From positions 124,001-188,000 of the forward strand of contig MCFE01000056.1 of assembly GCA_002104905.1 (NCBI GenBank): a stretch of DNA of 64,000 nt, in the 5' to 3' direction. The notes beneath the pieces are model-generated. The model was not told the origin of the DNA and made no database searches. It saw nothing but the letters and a program-made list of their open reading frames with translations. Shown in pieces: positions 1 to 14,299 of the stretch. Position 1 is the first letter of the stretch. Every line of letters starts with the position of its first letter. This DNA comes from Basidiobolus meristosporus CBS 931.73 (lineage: Eukaryota > Fungi > Basidiobolomycota). A program made the translations under genes and the position numbers.

Positions 1-601
1 GTCACTAAGTGGTTTCACAGATTATTTGGAAAATGCTGTCTTATATGCAAAGTTAGCTGTAAGTAATTGGGATGACTATATAGACCAAGCACTTTTAGCC
101 TTCAGAGTTATTGTCCATAACACCACCCAACAATTGCCATTTTACTTAGTGTATGGATGTGAACCAAGGATCCCAGGAGATCACACACAGCCAAAGCTTA
201 TAGATACCTTAGAAGATAAACTCAGTCAGTCTAGTAGAAACCAGCAGCTGCAGCAAAGATGTCAAGCGGTACAGACCAATATACTTCAAAGTGCAGGAAA
301 GATGAAGTAGATATTTGATAAGACTGTATCACTAGAAGCATTAACAATTGGGAACTTTATATTGCTGAGACACAACACTTGGAAGAGGTCTGAGCCACAA
401 CAGACAAGACATTTCAAGATTGTTACAGAATGTCTGTTTGCCACTTACCAACTTGTAGACAAACAAGGGAATATCCAGGAAGATTTAATTCATAGAGACA
501 GACTAAAGTTTGCAAGACTTGCTGACAATACTGAATCATCAAGATATTAGGATCACAAGAAAGAGAGTCAGGAGAACCCTCTAAACTTTAGTAGAGCAGA
601 G
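1..601 (+). mobile_element. Ty3/gypsy integrase 3' end remnant
   Basis: ORF 26-310 reads WDDYIDQALLAFR...PFYLVYGCEPRIP, typical of gypsy integrase. ORF 362-550 is homologous to 11692-11988 and 3400-3700. Confidence 0.8.
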
Positions 602-1043
602 TGTTATGGACTACTGCTTGAGTGTTTAAGCTAGATCAGCTTTTAATCATATCAATTAGTTAAATGTTTGGCCTATCAATATATTAGTGTTATCTTATTA
701 ATCAGTAGTGTTAGTCAGCAGATGAATCAGCTTATGCTTATCTGACAGAGATAAATATATCAAGTAGCATCTATTTAGTGATGCTGATGCAATCAAATTA
801 GTCATTAGCCACAACCCACATTAGGAAATATGATTAGTCAGCAATTGATCTGGCTATATGTATAAGGAGCTTCTGGAACCTCAAAGAAAATTAGTTCAAA
901 TTTTGGTGAGCTCATACTAGCTACACTCCCTATTCCTCTACAACTCTTATATCCCAACTTGTAACAAATAACAGCTCAGATATTATCATTGTTGCTTGAT
1001 ATTATCCTTGTATCCAGATCACTTCAAAATTGAAACAATAACA
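602..1043 (+). repeat. gypsy 3' LTR (decayed)
   Basis: Starts TGTTA and ends TAACA directly after the integrase tail. Homologous to LTR copies near 3160-3368, 7570-7936 and 11300-11716. Confidence 0.65.
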
Positions 1044-1899
1044 GCTTCAAGCATACTTAATTCAGAAAGTGGGCCCCTGAACATGAGGTAGAAGCCCAAG
1101 GATAATATATATCAATGCTGCTTTAGATGAAGAAGTAAAGACATTCTCACTACTTTGCAGCTTACTGCACAGGTTTGATCCACTAACACTCTCTTTTGAG
1201 AGCAGGGGGGACATTTTGACCTTGCACTATATGAAAGAAATGTATCATCACAAAGAACTCAGATGCTATGCTGAGTAGACAAGATCAAGATAATGCATTA
1301 CTGAGCCCAGAAATGCATAGAGAAAAGAAGGGAAAGCAACAGAAGTAACACAATCCTGGCTACTATAACTGCTGTAAGAAGCAAGGATAGTGGGCAAGAG
1401 ATTCAAAGAACAATCAAGTGGAAGTAAAATATATGCTGGAACAAGAAAACCATATAACAACAGTAGAACAGCTATATCTAATGAGTATTTCAGCAGTATT
1501 GAATATGGGGCACTGCAGCATATTTTTGGTACAAAGGAGAAATTCAGTAAGCAATACACTATCTATGTAAAAGCATTTACCTGGATGACTACTCTGCACT
1601 GGAAGCTACTGCTGGTGGAACTATACAGCAAAGTATGGGTGATATGTCAGGGGCTAAGACAGCAAAACAACTGAGGTAGACTATGTGCCTAGAATAGCTA
1701 AAGGTCTACTACCTTTATTTAACTTAAGCAGGGTTTCCCACTAATCATGCACACACTTAGCATATAAATATATATCACCATTTATTGAGGGAAGGGGTAG
1801 AGAATTACACAGTAGGGTCAGCTTAATACCAAATTAACAAAATACTTGCATATATTTTGGCCAAGCCACTTGCTAGGCTATACTTCTGAGAACTCAGAG

Positions 1900-2700
1900 G
1901 GATATTGGTATTGCAAATTTTTTAGTTGAGAGGAAGTGCCAAACTTAGTAATATTTTGTATCATTCCGCAACTGAAAATTTACTTGGTAATTCTGCATTA
2001 GTCTTAACAGGGGGAGGACTCATCTGCAGATCTAACTTTGCCAACTTCTTTCAGGTCAATGATCCAAATACTATTTTTTCATGATTATAATCAAATAAGT
2101 ACTCTTATTAAATGTCATGCATTGAGTCTGAGGCAATTGTAATATCCTCCTTTATTTTAAGGAACATCATTTGTGCTTCCAGGTGGTGAGTAGTTTAAAG
2201 TAGAGTTAACTTCCTATCTCTCAAGTGGTCTTAAAGGTTCCAGAAGGAAGTTACTGGTAGTTGCTTGTGGCTGCCTATGGTTGATTTGGCAGCTTCTTGA
2301 TGGCTTATAAGCTTCTTTATACCTTCATTAGTTGTAGGCTATCAAGCTCTGGCTCTCACAAGGCTATAGCCCTGTCTCAATATCAAGATGCCCATGTTTA
2401 TTGTGCAAGCTATGCATTGATTCCAAACCAGAGACATAGGTTTTTATGTAACACAGTTGCCATCAACACTTTGGTGGTGCTTCATCCTGAACTATAAGCT
2501 TGCTGGCTTCTTTCCAGATTATATTTTGAATCTGCTAATGCCCCACATATTGATTAGATTGGTCCTGCAGAAGTGGAGATATATCTCTCCTTGTATATGT
2601 TGGTGCTGATGGTACTAGGTTGTTACAAGAGCTCTTAGGTCAAGTCAGTACCTCTTAGTCCAGGATAGCTGCAAATAACAGTTAACAAGGAATATCAACT
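1900..2700 (-). mobile_element. second gypsy integrase C-terminal fragment
   Basis: Minus strand near 2170-2245 reads GPFKTT*EIGS*LYFKLLTTWKHK, a decayed GPF/GPY-type integrase tail. Many stops. Confidence 0.45.
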
Positions 2701-3159
2701 TATATCTGATGTGTCCCAGTCTACTTTTATAACAAGACTGCACTGACATATATTTCAAACTGGGAGGGGCCTAGGACATAAACAATGTGTCAGAAATAGT
2801 GGCTGAAACACCTTCCTGATAGGGCAAGTATTCTAATCAGATTTGAGCTGTCAAAATATTTGACTCTTTGGTATTTGCAGCAGCTTAATATAAGTGCAAC
2901 AACTCTGAACTAATCATTGCCAGTATCTGCCTCATATGCTGCTCTAGCTTTGCCTTTTGCTGTCAGATCTATGATCTTATGGTTATCCCCCTGCTGTCCT
3001 GTGCTACAAGTCTCAATATAAGAGATGGAGAGGAATAGTGGGCTTAGCAAGTATTGTATTCACTGAGACTTGAGCCACTTTTTATGGAGATTCCAGCCAC
3101 TCCTTGTATACTTTATGCTGAATCAATTGTTAACTGATAGTATTTCCTAATGTGGTTGT

Positions 3160-6100
3160 AGCTGATGCCTCATTTAATTGCATCATCATCACTAAATTAG
3201 ATCATACCCAGTTTGTCTATTTCTATGTGATAAGTATCTGCTGATTCATCTGCTGACTAATGCTACTAATTTTATAGACAACACTGATATACTAATAAGC
3301 CAAACATTTAACTGATTGATATGGCTAAAAGCTGATCTAGCTTAAACATTCAAGCAGTGATCCATATCACTCTGCTCTACTAAAGTTGAGAGGGTTCTCC
3401 TGAATCTCTTTTCTTGTTGTCCTAATATCTTGATGGTTCAGTATTGTCAGCAAGTCTTGCAAGCTTGAGTCTGTCTCTATGAACTAAATCTTCCTGTATA
3501 TTTCCTTATTTGTCCACTAGTTGGTAAGTTTCAAATGAACATTCTCTGATGATCTTAAATGGTCCTGGTCTTTGTGCATTAAGTTTCATCCAAGTGTGTT
3601 ACTCAGCAATGCAAAGTTCCCAACTGTTAATGCTTCTGGTAATATAGTCTTATTAAACCTCTGCTTAATTGTTTCTGCACCTTGTGATACTTTTGCATGT
3701 GCCTCTTGATGTCTTTGTTCCAATTACTGGTATCCACTTAGCTGACTGAGTTCATCTTCCAAGGCATCTGTAAGCTTTGGCTGTGTGAGATCTCTTGAAA
3801 TCCTTGATTCACATCTACACACCAAATACAATGGCAATTGTTGGGTGGTGTTGTGCACTCTAATTCAATAGGCAAAAAGTGCTAGGTCCATATGCTAATC
3901 CCATCTACTGACAGCTCCATTTGATATACTTGGTAAGCATTTTTCCAAATAATCCATTAAACCCCTCACTAACTCCAATAGTCCTGGGGTGATTTTCCAA
4001 GGTTTCCAACCATTTGATCTGCTGCATTTAAATGTAAGCTTCCAATGTCTTAGCCATTAAGCTTACTCTTCTATTAGGAAAGATATTTGTAGGGTATCCA
4101 AACTTCACAAAGATCTCATGGCAGATGAAGCCTGCTGCTCCTTGTTCACTGGCTACAGGTACAGCTTTAGCCATTAGCTGTTTAGTGGCAGAGTCAATTG
4201 CTACTAGGAGTCGAGGGTTCCATTTCCTGGTGGCTGGCAGTCTTCTAATAAAGTCAATTTCCCATCTCTCCAATGGTCTCAAAGGCTCCAAGGGAAAGTG
4301 CTCAGCAATTCTCTTTTGTTGTTCTTAGCTGATTTGATAATTTGGGCATGTTCTCACCAGCTTCTCAACATCTTGTTTCATTCTGGGCCACCATGCTGTA
4401 GCACTTACAAGGCTATAGGCTCATCAATTCTAGGTTGTCCATATCTATTGTGTAGCTTATGTATTAAATATAGGCCAGCAACATGAAGGAAATAGCTAAT
4501 AGGCAATATGCCTTCCATCAACAATTTGAAAGAGTGTTTCATTCTATGCTACAAATTGAATGGCTTCATTCTGGATCATCTTCTTGACTTCTTTATCAAC
4601 CTCATCAGGCGTAGCTTGGTCCTTGAAGTACTTTAATAATAGGCTAGCGTCATCTGATGCATGCACTAAATTGAGTTGTGCAACCTGTTCTTGCCTTGAT
4701 ATGGTATCCACAACTCTGTTGCTTTTCCCAGGGCAGTACACAATATCCAAGTCAAACTGCTGAATATATTGACTCCATCTTGTCATTCTTCTGGACAGCA
4801 CCTTCTGAGTAAACATATACTTGAGTGAGCCGTGCTCAGTCTTCACAGTGCACTTAATTCCTTCAAGATAGCATCTCTAGGTCTTCAAGTAGTGTATTAT
4901 TGCCAGCATCTCCTTTGCATGCACCAAATGGTACTGTTCTGCTGAGTTCAGTTTCTTGGATTCAAAAGCAACTGGGTAGTCCTTTCCTTCATATCTTGGC
5001 TCAGTACCCCACCAATTACATAGTGTGTAGCATCTGTGCCCAGAGTAAATTTGTTTCTGAAGTCTGGGATTCTTCAGCTTAGCAACTTAACAAGTTCATT
5101 CTTGAGCATCTGAAAGGCAATCTGACAGCCTATGTTTTATTTTATGATGTTGTCTTTCTTGAGGATATCAGTTACAGCGGCTTCAATACTTGCTGAGAAC
5201 TTGACAAATCTCCAAAAATTGGAAACCATTCCAAGAGACAATCTGAGTTCTGATATGCTAAGGGGCTGCTTCAGATTTTTGATGACCTCAACCTTCTTGG
5301 GGTGAAAATTCACTCCTATGCTTGTCACTAAATGTCCCAGGTATTTAATATATTTGATCAAGAATCCACACTTTGCTAGCTTGCCACATAGCTTGTTCTC
5401 TCTTAGTTTCTTTCAAGCCTTTTCAATGTCCACCAAATAGTCCTGTTCTGTCTTGCTGTATATGAATATGTCAACTAGGTAGACTGCCACAAACCTGTCT
5501 AAGTACCTCTGGAGACAGTTTGCATTAATGTTATGTATGTTGCAGGGGCAATGGTGAGGCCAAAACTCATGACTAAGTACTATAGTGTCAGTATATGGTC
5601 CTCAATGCTGTTGTAGGGATGTTGTCTGGTTTCACCCTAATCTGGTTGAATCCTGACATAAGGTTGATCTTGCTGAATATGGTGGCTCTGTTGAGTTAGT
5701 CAAAAAACTCACCAATCCAAGGTATGAGGTACTTATTCCTCAAAGTAACTCAGTGGAGGGCTCTGTAGGCAATGGATATCCTAGGTATTCCATCCTCCTT
5801 TTTCACAAAAACCATTGGTACTCCCCAAGGTGACTTGCTGGGTCAGATATATCTTTACTCCAATAGCTGATCTATTTGTCTCTTCATCTCTTCCAGCACT
5901 ATTGAGCTTACTCTGTAAGGTGTCTTACTCACTGGAGGGCTATCTTCCATATCAATGGCATGATCCACATCAACAGTTGGTAGTAAGCCAACAAGCTCAT
6001 CAGGCAACATATCTGAATATTCCTTCAAAAGAGTCTGGACCTACTGGGTGCTGGAGTAGAGGAAGCCATCTGTGATGTACCATGAGGAACATTTGGGTAC

Positions 6101-7936
6101 CTTTTCTAAGTGCTCTGCAGATCTGTATCTTGCTAAGCTCACTTGCTTTACACACACTGGGACTGAACAGGCTGAAATCCATTCTGGCAGGTAATAGCTC
6201 ATTGGTCTTGTTGTCCCTCAGGATCTGAATAGCATGGGTCCTCAAGTATATTGATGGATTACAACCAAATGGCCAGGTTTTTCCAAGTAAAAGGTCAAAT
6301 CTGCAGTTCCCAAATATATATGCCTGTAGGTCTTCTTCATAGTTATTAATCTTCAGTCCTACTGGCAGAATAACACTGTTGATTATGTGAGAGTTCCCAT
6401 CAGCTGTTGAAACTGAAGAAGATTTGGTGGGATTCAAGTAAATTCCAGCTATTAAGGCAATTTGCTCTGACATGTACTCATATCATGCTCCTGAGTCAAT
6501 CATGATCTTGGCAGGTACACCATTGATTGCTCCATTGAAATATAATAGCTTCCCTGAATTTGAAGTCATTTGGGACAAGAATTCTTCTGTCATTTGGAGA
6601 GTGAGTTCTGAGTCTTTTGCAAGGTCACCCTCCATATTACTATGTTCAAGGGCTTCAATGTGGTTGAAGGTTCTTGTAGAATAGTGTCAATTTCTTCTCT
6701 GAGGGCAGCACTTTGCAATCTGACCTTGACAGTGACAATTGAAGCCAAGTCCTTTCTTCTTACATTTTTCTGAGGTGGGTTTCTATAGCATAGCATCTAT
6801 TTCCATTGGCACTGCTTTGGTTTGTCTTCTTTCAATATGTTTATAGCCTCTCTGATTAGTCAATGTAGGCTTCCCAACTCCAATAATAGCCAAGTCATAG
6901 TCAATATCTATCTTGATGGCGTGTTCAATAGTCTGAGGTCTTTAATAATTCACTTCCTTGCAAGTTCTTTCTTTCAACCCATCAGTAAAGTATAGAACTT
7001 GATCTGGGGGGTCCATTCTTTGAGTTTGTTCAAGTAGACATCAATACTCATAGATGTATTCTTGAACCATTCCTTTCTGTCTGAGTATATGCAGCTTCCT
7101 TCTTGGTAGTGTCTGCTAGTGGGGAGGTTCAAAGGCATCTTGAATTTTCAACACCAACTCACTACATGTAAAGATAGTAGTGCATCCCATCATAGTGGCT
7201 GATCCAATCTTGCTGAGATACTACTGTAAAGCTGCATCTGCCAGGTAAGTGGCTACTTAATGTAATTTGCTTTCTGGGGCAATTCCTTTACCTTAAAGGC
7301 TACTTCAATCTGAAAGAGCCAAGTTCCCAGGTTTTCATCAACACTACCATGGGCATAGTTAACATATAGACTAAAGTTTCTCTTGACAGGGCTATGCTTG
7401 TTTTGGGTTGTGGTAGTCATCCCTTGATGCTGCTGGCTGATGAACTCAAGAAATGTAGCTGTTGGGCTGGGATATGTAGCATAGCATTCTTCTGTTCTTG
7501 ATTTTATGACATCTTGAGGGAGGCTTCTACTTTCTGCAGGATGGAGGTGCTGGGTATTTGCGCTACCAATGTTACAAGTCTTGATATAGGAGCTGTAGAG
7601 GAGTAGGGAGTTTAGCTAGTATTGTATTCACTTAAACTTGAACTGATCTTTATTGAGGTTCCAGCAGCTTCTTATATACATTTTGCTAGATCAATTACAA
7701 ACTGATTGTATTTCATAATGTAGATTGTGGCTGATTACTCATTTGATTGCATCATGATCACCCAATTAGATCTTACTTAACATATCAATTTCTGTCTAAT
7801 AAGGATCTGCTGATTCATCTGCTGACTAATGCTACTGATTAGATAGATACACTGATATACTGATAGGCCAAGCATAAAACTAAATGCTTGTATTAAAAAC
7901 TGATCTATCTTAAATATTCAAGCTGTAGATATAACA
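3160..7936 (-). mobile_element. near full-length decayed Ty3/gypsy retrotransposon
   Basis: Minus-strand order is LTR, PBS, gag, protease (IMIDSGA near 6490), RT (YLVDIFIY near 5470; KYLGHLV..GV..HPKKVEVI), RNase H (RWSQYIQQFDLDIVYCPGKSNRVVDTISR), integrase (PLERWEIDFI..LVAIDSATK), partial 3' LTR. This is gypsy domain order, with many stops and frameshifts. Confidence 0.9.
7570..7936 (-). repeat. gypsy 5' LTR with adjacent PBS (7560-7568, TGGTAGCGC)
   Basis: TGTTAT...TAACA termini on the minus strand, followed by TGGTAGCGC, which matches the fungal initiator tRNA-Met 3' end used by Ty1/Ty3. Confidence 0.8.
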
Positions 7937-8499
7937 CCAAATAAACATAAACCCATAAGCTGCTACAGCATGCCCTTAAATCCTAAGAAACTCTTCTAAC
8001 TAGGTGTTAGAGTGGTAATATATCTCCAAAGATATAAATTTATGGAGAAACCTGTTGTTTATTTGATATGCTACTCATTGCAAGGATATTGTTATTAGCA
8101 GCCTAGCCAGTGATGGGGAATCTTATTTCAAAGCTTCTCTGTTGGTTAGTATCATTTTTAATTCATCCATGCAGTGAGATCATTAGTGTTGTGGTAATAT
8201 GCAACCCTGAGGACCTGTGTCACATCTATAATTTTTGCACAGACAGACCACAATACTCAGACTAGAGTATCTGAGGACATTATTCACCGCAAATAAAATA
8301 TTACAGTATGGATAAGACTGTTGTCTTCAGATATTCAAAGTAGATGGCATAGGGCTCACTCCAATTTTAGAAAATACCTTGTAGTAGTTGAGGAGTATTA
8401 CTCTTCTCACACTGTTCTTATGAAGTAGCCAACAAGGTCAATCCTCACTTAGTAGAAGTGCTAGTAAGCTAGTATATGTGCTGTTTTCAGCATCTTTTA

Positions 8500-9060
8500 A
8501 TGCCAGCTAAATCTATTGCAGGTGGCACATCTTAGTAATGCATTCATGATGTTAGTCATGATCCTTTTCCATTGAAATCTTTTACTTAACCTCTTGTATG
8601 CTTTAGGGGGCTAGCAAGTTCTAGTAACCTATGTATTTTGCCTGTTACTTCTTCACAGGCAGCTACTTGGGGAACCATGTCTCTGAACTCCCCTTGAAGG
8701 AATTGTATTTGATTTTCTTGTACATCATTCTATTGCCACTTTCTTTATTATTCTTTCTTCCAATTGTTTTTATGGCATATGCAAGATACTACTCCCTCTT
8801 TTTAAAGCAGGTTGCATTCATGCAACTGTCTCTGATATGAGCCTGGCAAACTTGAATATTGCTAAGGAAGTCCACATAGTGATGTTTCTTGCCATGGCAG
8901 TGAATTATTTCAAAGATGTATTCCAGCTGTTGGAGGGCCTGATGTGCCAGCTGGCCAGTGAAGTCATTAGTATTCATCAGCCTACCAGTGCACTGAACTG
9001 AGTTGTTGTTGTGCTTTGGCAACCATAAAAGTGCATATGGGATTGTTTAATTACACTAGT
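8500..9060 (-). mobile_element. gypsy RNase H / integrase fragment
   Basis: ORF 8789-9022 GQLAHQALQQLEYIFEIIHCHGKKHHYVDFLS resembles the decayed motif GRLARWALRLQEYDFEIIHRPGK..ADALS. Confidence 0.55.
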
Positions 9061-9799
9061 AGCATTCAATTATTTTATCTTGTTAATGGGACAATTATGT
9101 TTGTGTTTGGTTTGTAAACAGCTCATGTAGCCCCTTAAGTGGAATTAGCCTAAGACTTGTAGACTATGATTCTGGTGACTATGTAGAGTGTGTGTTTTGT
9201 GTAATTATAGCAGTGTCATTCAGCTATGTGGTCATATTAGCTATTGCAGCTGAGATCTCTCATAAATAGAAATCTCAAAAATGAAACTCATCAGATTACA
9301 TGCATGCATTCTACTGATATTCTCACATAAGCTTACCAGTATTCTGCTGGTGCTTTTCCTTCAAGCCTTTGGCTCCAATATCAGGGCCAATTGGTAGGAA
9401 ACTGAGTACCATAACTACCAACAATGCTTGTTGGTCTTGACTCTTCCTTGATATTATAGCTACAATTATGCCAAGTATTTATGGCCTGATATATTATGTG
9501 TTTACATTTCAAGAATCTTAGAGCTCATCTTATAATTTCATTGTCATCAACTGGCTTTCTCTTGTTTTTCTCTCAGGTAGGATGTTGAATATTTCCTTAG
9601 CTGATGGTACTATCAATATCTTTTTAGTCCCTATGAGAGTAATTTGGCTCCACAGGTAGATCCACTCTGGATCAGCCACCAGGATCTCACATAAGGGCCA
9701 TTAAAATGCCAGCAGCTTGTAATGACTTATGCATTTTACAATCTTGTGAGAGTATAGCAATGGTGTTATGCAGTATTCATAATTAAATACAGTATCAAA

Positions 9800-11290
9800 C
9801 CTGACATTATTAAAATGGACTTCTTGTGTGGCTTGCATGGCACTTGAACAGTCTTACAACAGTCTGTAATTATATGAGAGAACCTAACAAGCCAATCTAT
9901 ACAGTTCCCATATATGGTCAAGAGCTTGATGGGGCATTGACTGCATATGTGGGGCCTCTGTTAGTATTGTTGTAACAGTACACTGGCCCACAGCTATTCC
10001 TTTAGAATGCTGCATTACCAATTTACCAAAGGGTATTTCACTTTTCCACTGCCTCCTTCTGTCATTGATATACTCTACTGTAGCATCACACATCATTATT
10101 TGTTTACCCACTGCCACTATTGATATTTCATACATGGTTTAAATAACAAACTATGGCATCCTGCTTATTGACCACTATACATGTAATCCTCTTGATGAGA
10201 TTAATGTTGAAATATTTGAGAGATTTACTAGAAGTGAATATTCAAGTTAGAAGATTTGCATAATATTTACCTGTTATTTGATTGAGTTACAGCCCAGTAT
10301 TTATGTATATTGCAATACAACATAGATGTGCCAATTTGATCATTATTAAGGGAATTTCAAGGGTACATGTGCCAAGTTCCAGCTCATTTGGACAAGTTTC
10401 AGATTTTCCTAAGATTCTGTAATTCACTAATTTCTAATACTTAGCAAGTAACTTACAAACCAATGACAAGTAAATAATATGAGATACAATACTTAGCTAA
10501 GAGCTAGCTCACAGTATATCAATAATGAGGTGGATTCCAAATTATTTCAACAATTGGCAAATGGTAGTACTTGTAACCTGGCACATCTTCCTATCCCCCC
10601 ACACGTAGAGTTTGTAGGAAACTCCCAGAAGGTGAAGCAAAGTCCAATATTCTCCACACACCAAGCAAGATAGATTATAGAGGTATCACCATAGGGGCAG
10701 AGATATATGCACCCTGCTTTATACTAGTAATACAATGATTCAAGTCCTGACATGAACTCCTTGCATAAAAGCTGGAGATGCTTAAAGCTAGCATTGGTAA
10801 TCTATTACTGAATTAGTATTTCTACAATGCTAACATATGGCTCCCATTGCTTTCAGTGTACTCTGGGTAAAAATTGTTTTGGATATCAACTTTTACAAAT
10901 GCATATCCACTTCATTCAGTCCTTGCATCCATTTTGCCACATGGAGCTGTTAACATTGATTGAAGCTAGTGAGCAGAACATAGGGTAGCATATAATCTGT
11001 GATATCTTGTTAGTTTGTTCAAGTTTCTCCAGCATCTCAAAGGATGCATTTAGATTGAAATGTCCCATATGCACCAAGATTGTAATATTGCAATACTGCT
11101 GAAGTGCAAATACATTGTTACTAGTGGTAAGCTTTTGCTCCAGCAATTCCCTCTATCTTGGGTATCTTCAGATTGGAATAATATCATATTCTTGTTAATG
11201 GCATATAGCTTCCCACCTTTGCTACTGCTGCATGATGACTGCTCTACATTCTGTCTGTGTCATGATAATGCTCTTACTTTTGGGATTTAG
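9800..11290 (-). mobile_element. CACTA/EnSpm-like (tnp2) transposase remnant
   Basis: ORF 10916-11146 (LEQKLTTSNNVFALQQY...GHFNLNASFEMLEKLEQT) is homologous to 14815-15105, which lies in the tnp2-like fragment. Confidence 0.5.
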
Positions 11291-11297
11291 ATAAATG

Positions 11298-11990
11298 TAA
11301 TGCAGGTGTGCTTTGGAGTAGGTCCCCCAGATCTCACATATGTAGTTACAAATGTTATATAAGAGTTGTGAAGAAATGGAAGGCTTAGCTAGTATTGTAT
11401 TTACTAGAACTTGCACTAATCTTTGTTGAGATTCCAGCAGCCCCTTACATAGATTTTGCCAGATCAATTGCTGACTAATTGTATTTTCTGATGTAGGTTG
11501 TGGCTGATGGCCCATCTAATTGCATCATCATCACCCAACTAGATCTCACTTGATATACCCATATCTGTCTGACAAGGATCTGATGATCTGTCTGATGACT
11601 AATACTATGGATTTGATAGATATTACTGATGTACAGATAAGCTAATCATAAAACTACCTGCTTTGACTAAAAACTGATCTAACTTAAATATTCAAGCAGC
11701 TGATCTTAGCACTCTTGCCAAATAAAGCTGAAAGTGTTCTTCTGTATCTCTTTTATTGTGATACCAGTATCTTAAAGGTTCAGCATTGTCAGTAAGTCTT
11801 GCAGGCTTTGGTCTGTCTCTGTGAACTAAATCTTCTTGAATATTTCCTTGTTGGTCCATTAGCTGGTAAGTTACAAATGGACATTCTCTAATGATCTTGA
11901 AAGGTCCCATCCTTTGTGGCTCAAACTTCTTCCAAGTGTTGTTTCTCAGCAATACAAAGTTCCCCACTGTCAATGCTTCTGGTGACATAG
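11298..11990 (-). mobile_element. gypsy 3' end with LTR (third copy of the family)
   Basis: ORF 11692-11988 KKFEPQRMGPFKIIRECPFVTYQL... is homologous to 362-550. It is followed by an LTR homologous to 602-1043. Confidence 0.75.
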
Positions 11991-12049
11991 TCCCTATGAA
12001 AATTATTGTGATGATCCCATTAAAAGGCCATTACAGATTCTAAGTTTCA

Positions 12050-14250
12050 TGACTAAGAGGTATTGATTCCATAAGGACACTGCACAAAGAACATCTAAAA
12101 GTAATTGCACCACAGATATCATAAAAAACTTAGTCAAAATTTTTCCTCACAATAATACAAAAGTGGCTTCCAATTAGTTCTTTGCCAATTTTCTCACCAT
12201 CTGATCCCAGACCCTCTATCACCTCCTACATTTGTGTGAATTGATTGGTTATTGCCTCTTTTTCACACTCCTTACTACCTGACTCAACCATTTCTCCTAT
12301 TTTTTCTGCATACAAATTGATTTATTTCTGCTTAAACTTCAGTTGTACCTCAATTGTTAATTATATTGACCTATACAAGTACCTTTATCCTACACTAACA
12401 TTAAGCCTAGACCCACACTCAACAAGCAACTCCATTAAAATCCACTACTCAATAAGTATTTCTGCTGTTATGCTGTGTTTTAACAACTTTGACAGGAACC
12501 CTGCAGCTTTATGCCATTATTCATTCACTGGTTCCAATACGTCCTGGTCTTCAGCCAGCACTGCAAGGTCTAGCTCCTCATCTGCTAGTTGTTGCAATAA
12601 GTCCTTGCAATATTCAAGTGCATTTTCTTGAGCACTGCGCTGGGATAAGGGCTGCAACCTCCTGATATGCCTATTAATGTTCCAATATTCCACCAAAGGC
12701 ATTGTGATAACCTTCTGAGTTCTTGATATTGCTACTTAGTCTGTCAGTGGGATCTCCACTCTGTCAACAATGGAGGACATGGAGGCTGTGGTAGACATAT
12801 TGCCTCTCTCTGCAAACTCATCTACCTCACTGCAGTGTAGCTTAACTGGATGTGCCTCCAACTGTTGTGAAACAGCTATTTTCTTGCTGTTAATTCTTTA
12901 AGGCTATGATACAATTCAATCTGTTCAGGGCTCACAGCATTGATTGGCAAGAACTGCAGCTTTTTTTGTATGCTACCCTGTCTCTGGCTTGAGTACACTT
13001 TTTCCCCTTTATCTTTTCTTTCATCACTGCCAGGTCTTTCACTGCTACTTTGACTGAGTGCCTCTTGAGTAATACTGCACTTTTTCCTTGGTAAATGTTG
13101 TGCTGGTATATATGTGTCTGCCTACTTTTCTCTTATCAGCATTCTTCCAGCCACCTGATGCCTCTTTGATGCTTGTTTAGAGCTTTTGGTCCTGCTTGTA
13201 ACAGGCTCTTGAGGAAGCCAGTGGTTTTTAGCCATGGCACCCTTGTTCTTCTGCTGTTGACAGTTTCTGCTATTCTTGAGATACATTTTTAGCATATCAA
13301 TGCTGGCCCAGAATCTGTTTGCTTGTTTGAATCCAGGATAATGCTCATGGTGCAAGTCAAGCACATTCTGCTTGGCCTTGCATTCCTGACAGTCCCATGG
13401 TATGCTGGCCTTCAAGTGTTGGCATGCAGTACTTCTAACAGCCTCTTGCATATTAGCTCACACTTCATCATTGCACTCAAAGGCTTCACAGATATTCAAT
13501 GTCTTTTGACTTTTAGGCTTTGGTATAAATACTACATTTTCCCCCTCACATGCTATAATAGGTTTTCTGTGGGCCTTATCTTTGGGCATTGTTGTTGTGC
13601 TTCAATGACTGTATGGTGTTCCTCTGCTGTTACATTGGGAAATGGCCCAATTCTTGGCTGTGACATTTAGCTACTTGAGTTCCTTCTTGGCAACAAAGAT
13701 AATGTTTTCTCTACCTTGGATATTGATTGTTTTTACACCTTTCATCTGCTCATCTTGTTTCTGGACTATTTCCTGATTTCTCTGGGCCATTGAATCTATC
13801 CTATCAGCCACTGCACCTAATTGTCTCATTAATGCTTTGTAGGAGCTGACAACATGCTTGCTAATACAGGTGATGGTGATGTTATCACAGCCACTTGCTG
13901 GTCTTCAGCTGATGGTAGTGCTTTTGCTACATTGTCATCTGCCTCAGCAATATGGTCAGCTTGTGGCTCCACAGAAATTCCTAATAGCCTACTTGACTGT
14001 GAGCCTGAGGAGTCTGCATTATTCCCTTCAGTGGGCACACTGACCTTAGGGTCTTTTTTGGTTGTAGCCCCACTTGTTGCACTGAATGTCCAGGCAAGCT
14101 GTTGTCCAACCATTCTTCTGCTGCTGTCAGCAGTGGGGTGTGGTTGGGAACCAGACAACTTTGCTTTATTTTTTGGTGGCATATATATATATGGAAGTGA
14201 GTCAAACCCAAGGGGATATGGTGTTATAGATACATGTGTATATGGTTCCA
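12050..14250 (-). mobile_element. decayed repeat, unclassified (possibly non-LTR ORF1-like)
   Basis: CpG-depleted fragmented ORFs (13829-14182, 13122-13451, 12517-12702) with no diagnostic motif that I recognise. Confidence 0.3.
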
Positions 14251-14299
14251 GAACTTTATTTGTAATGCTTACTATGGTGGGTCATCATTGAATCTTACA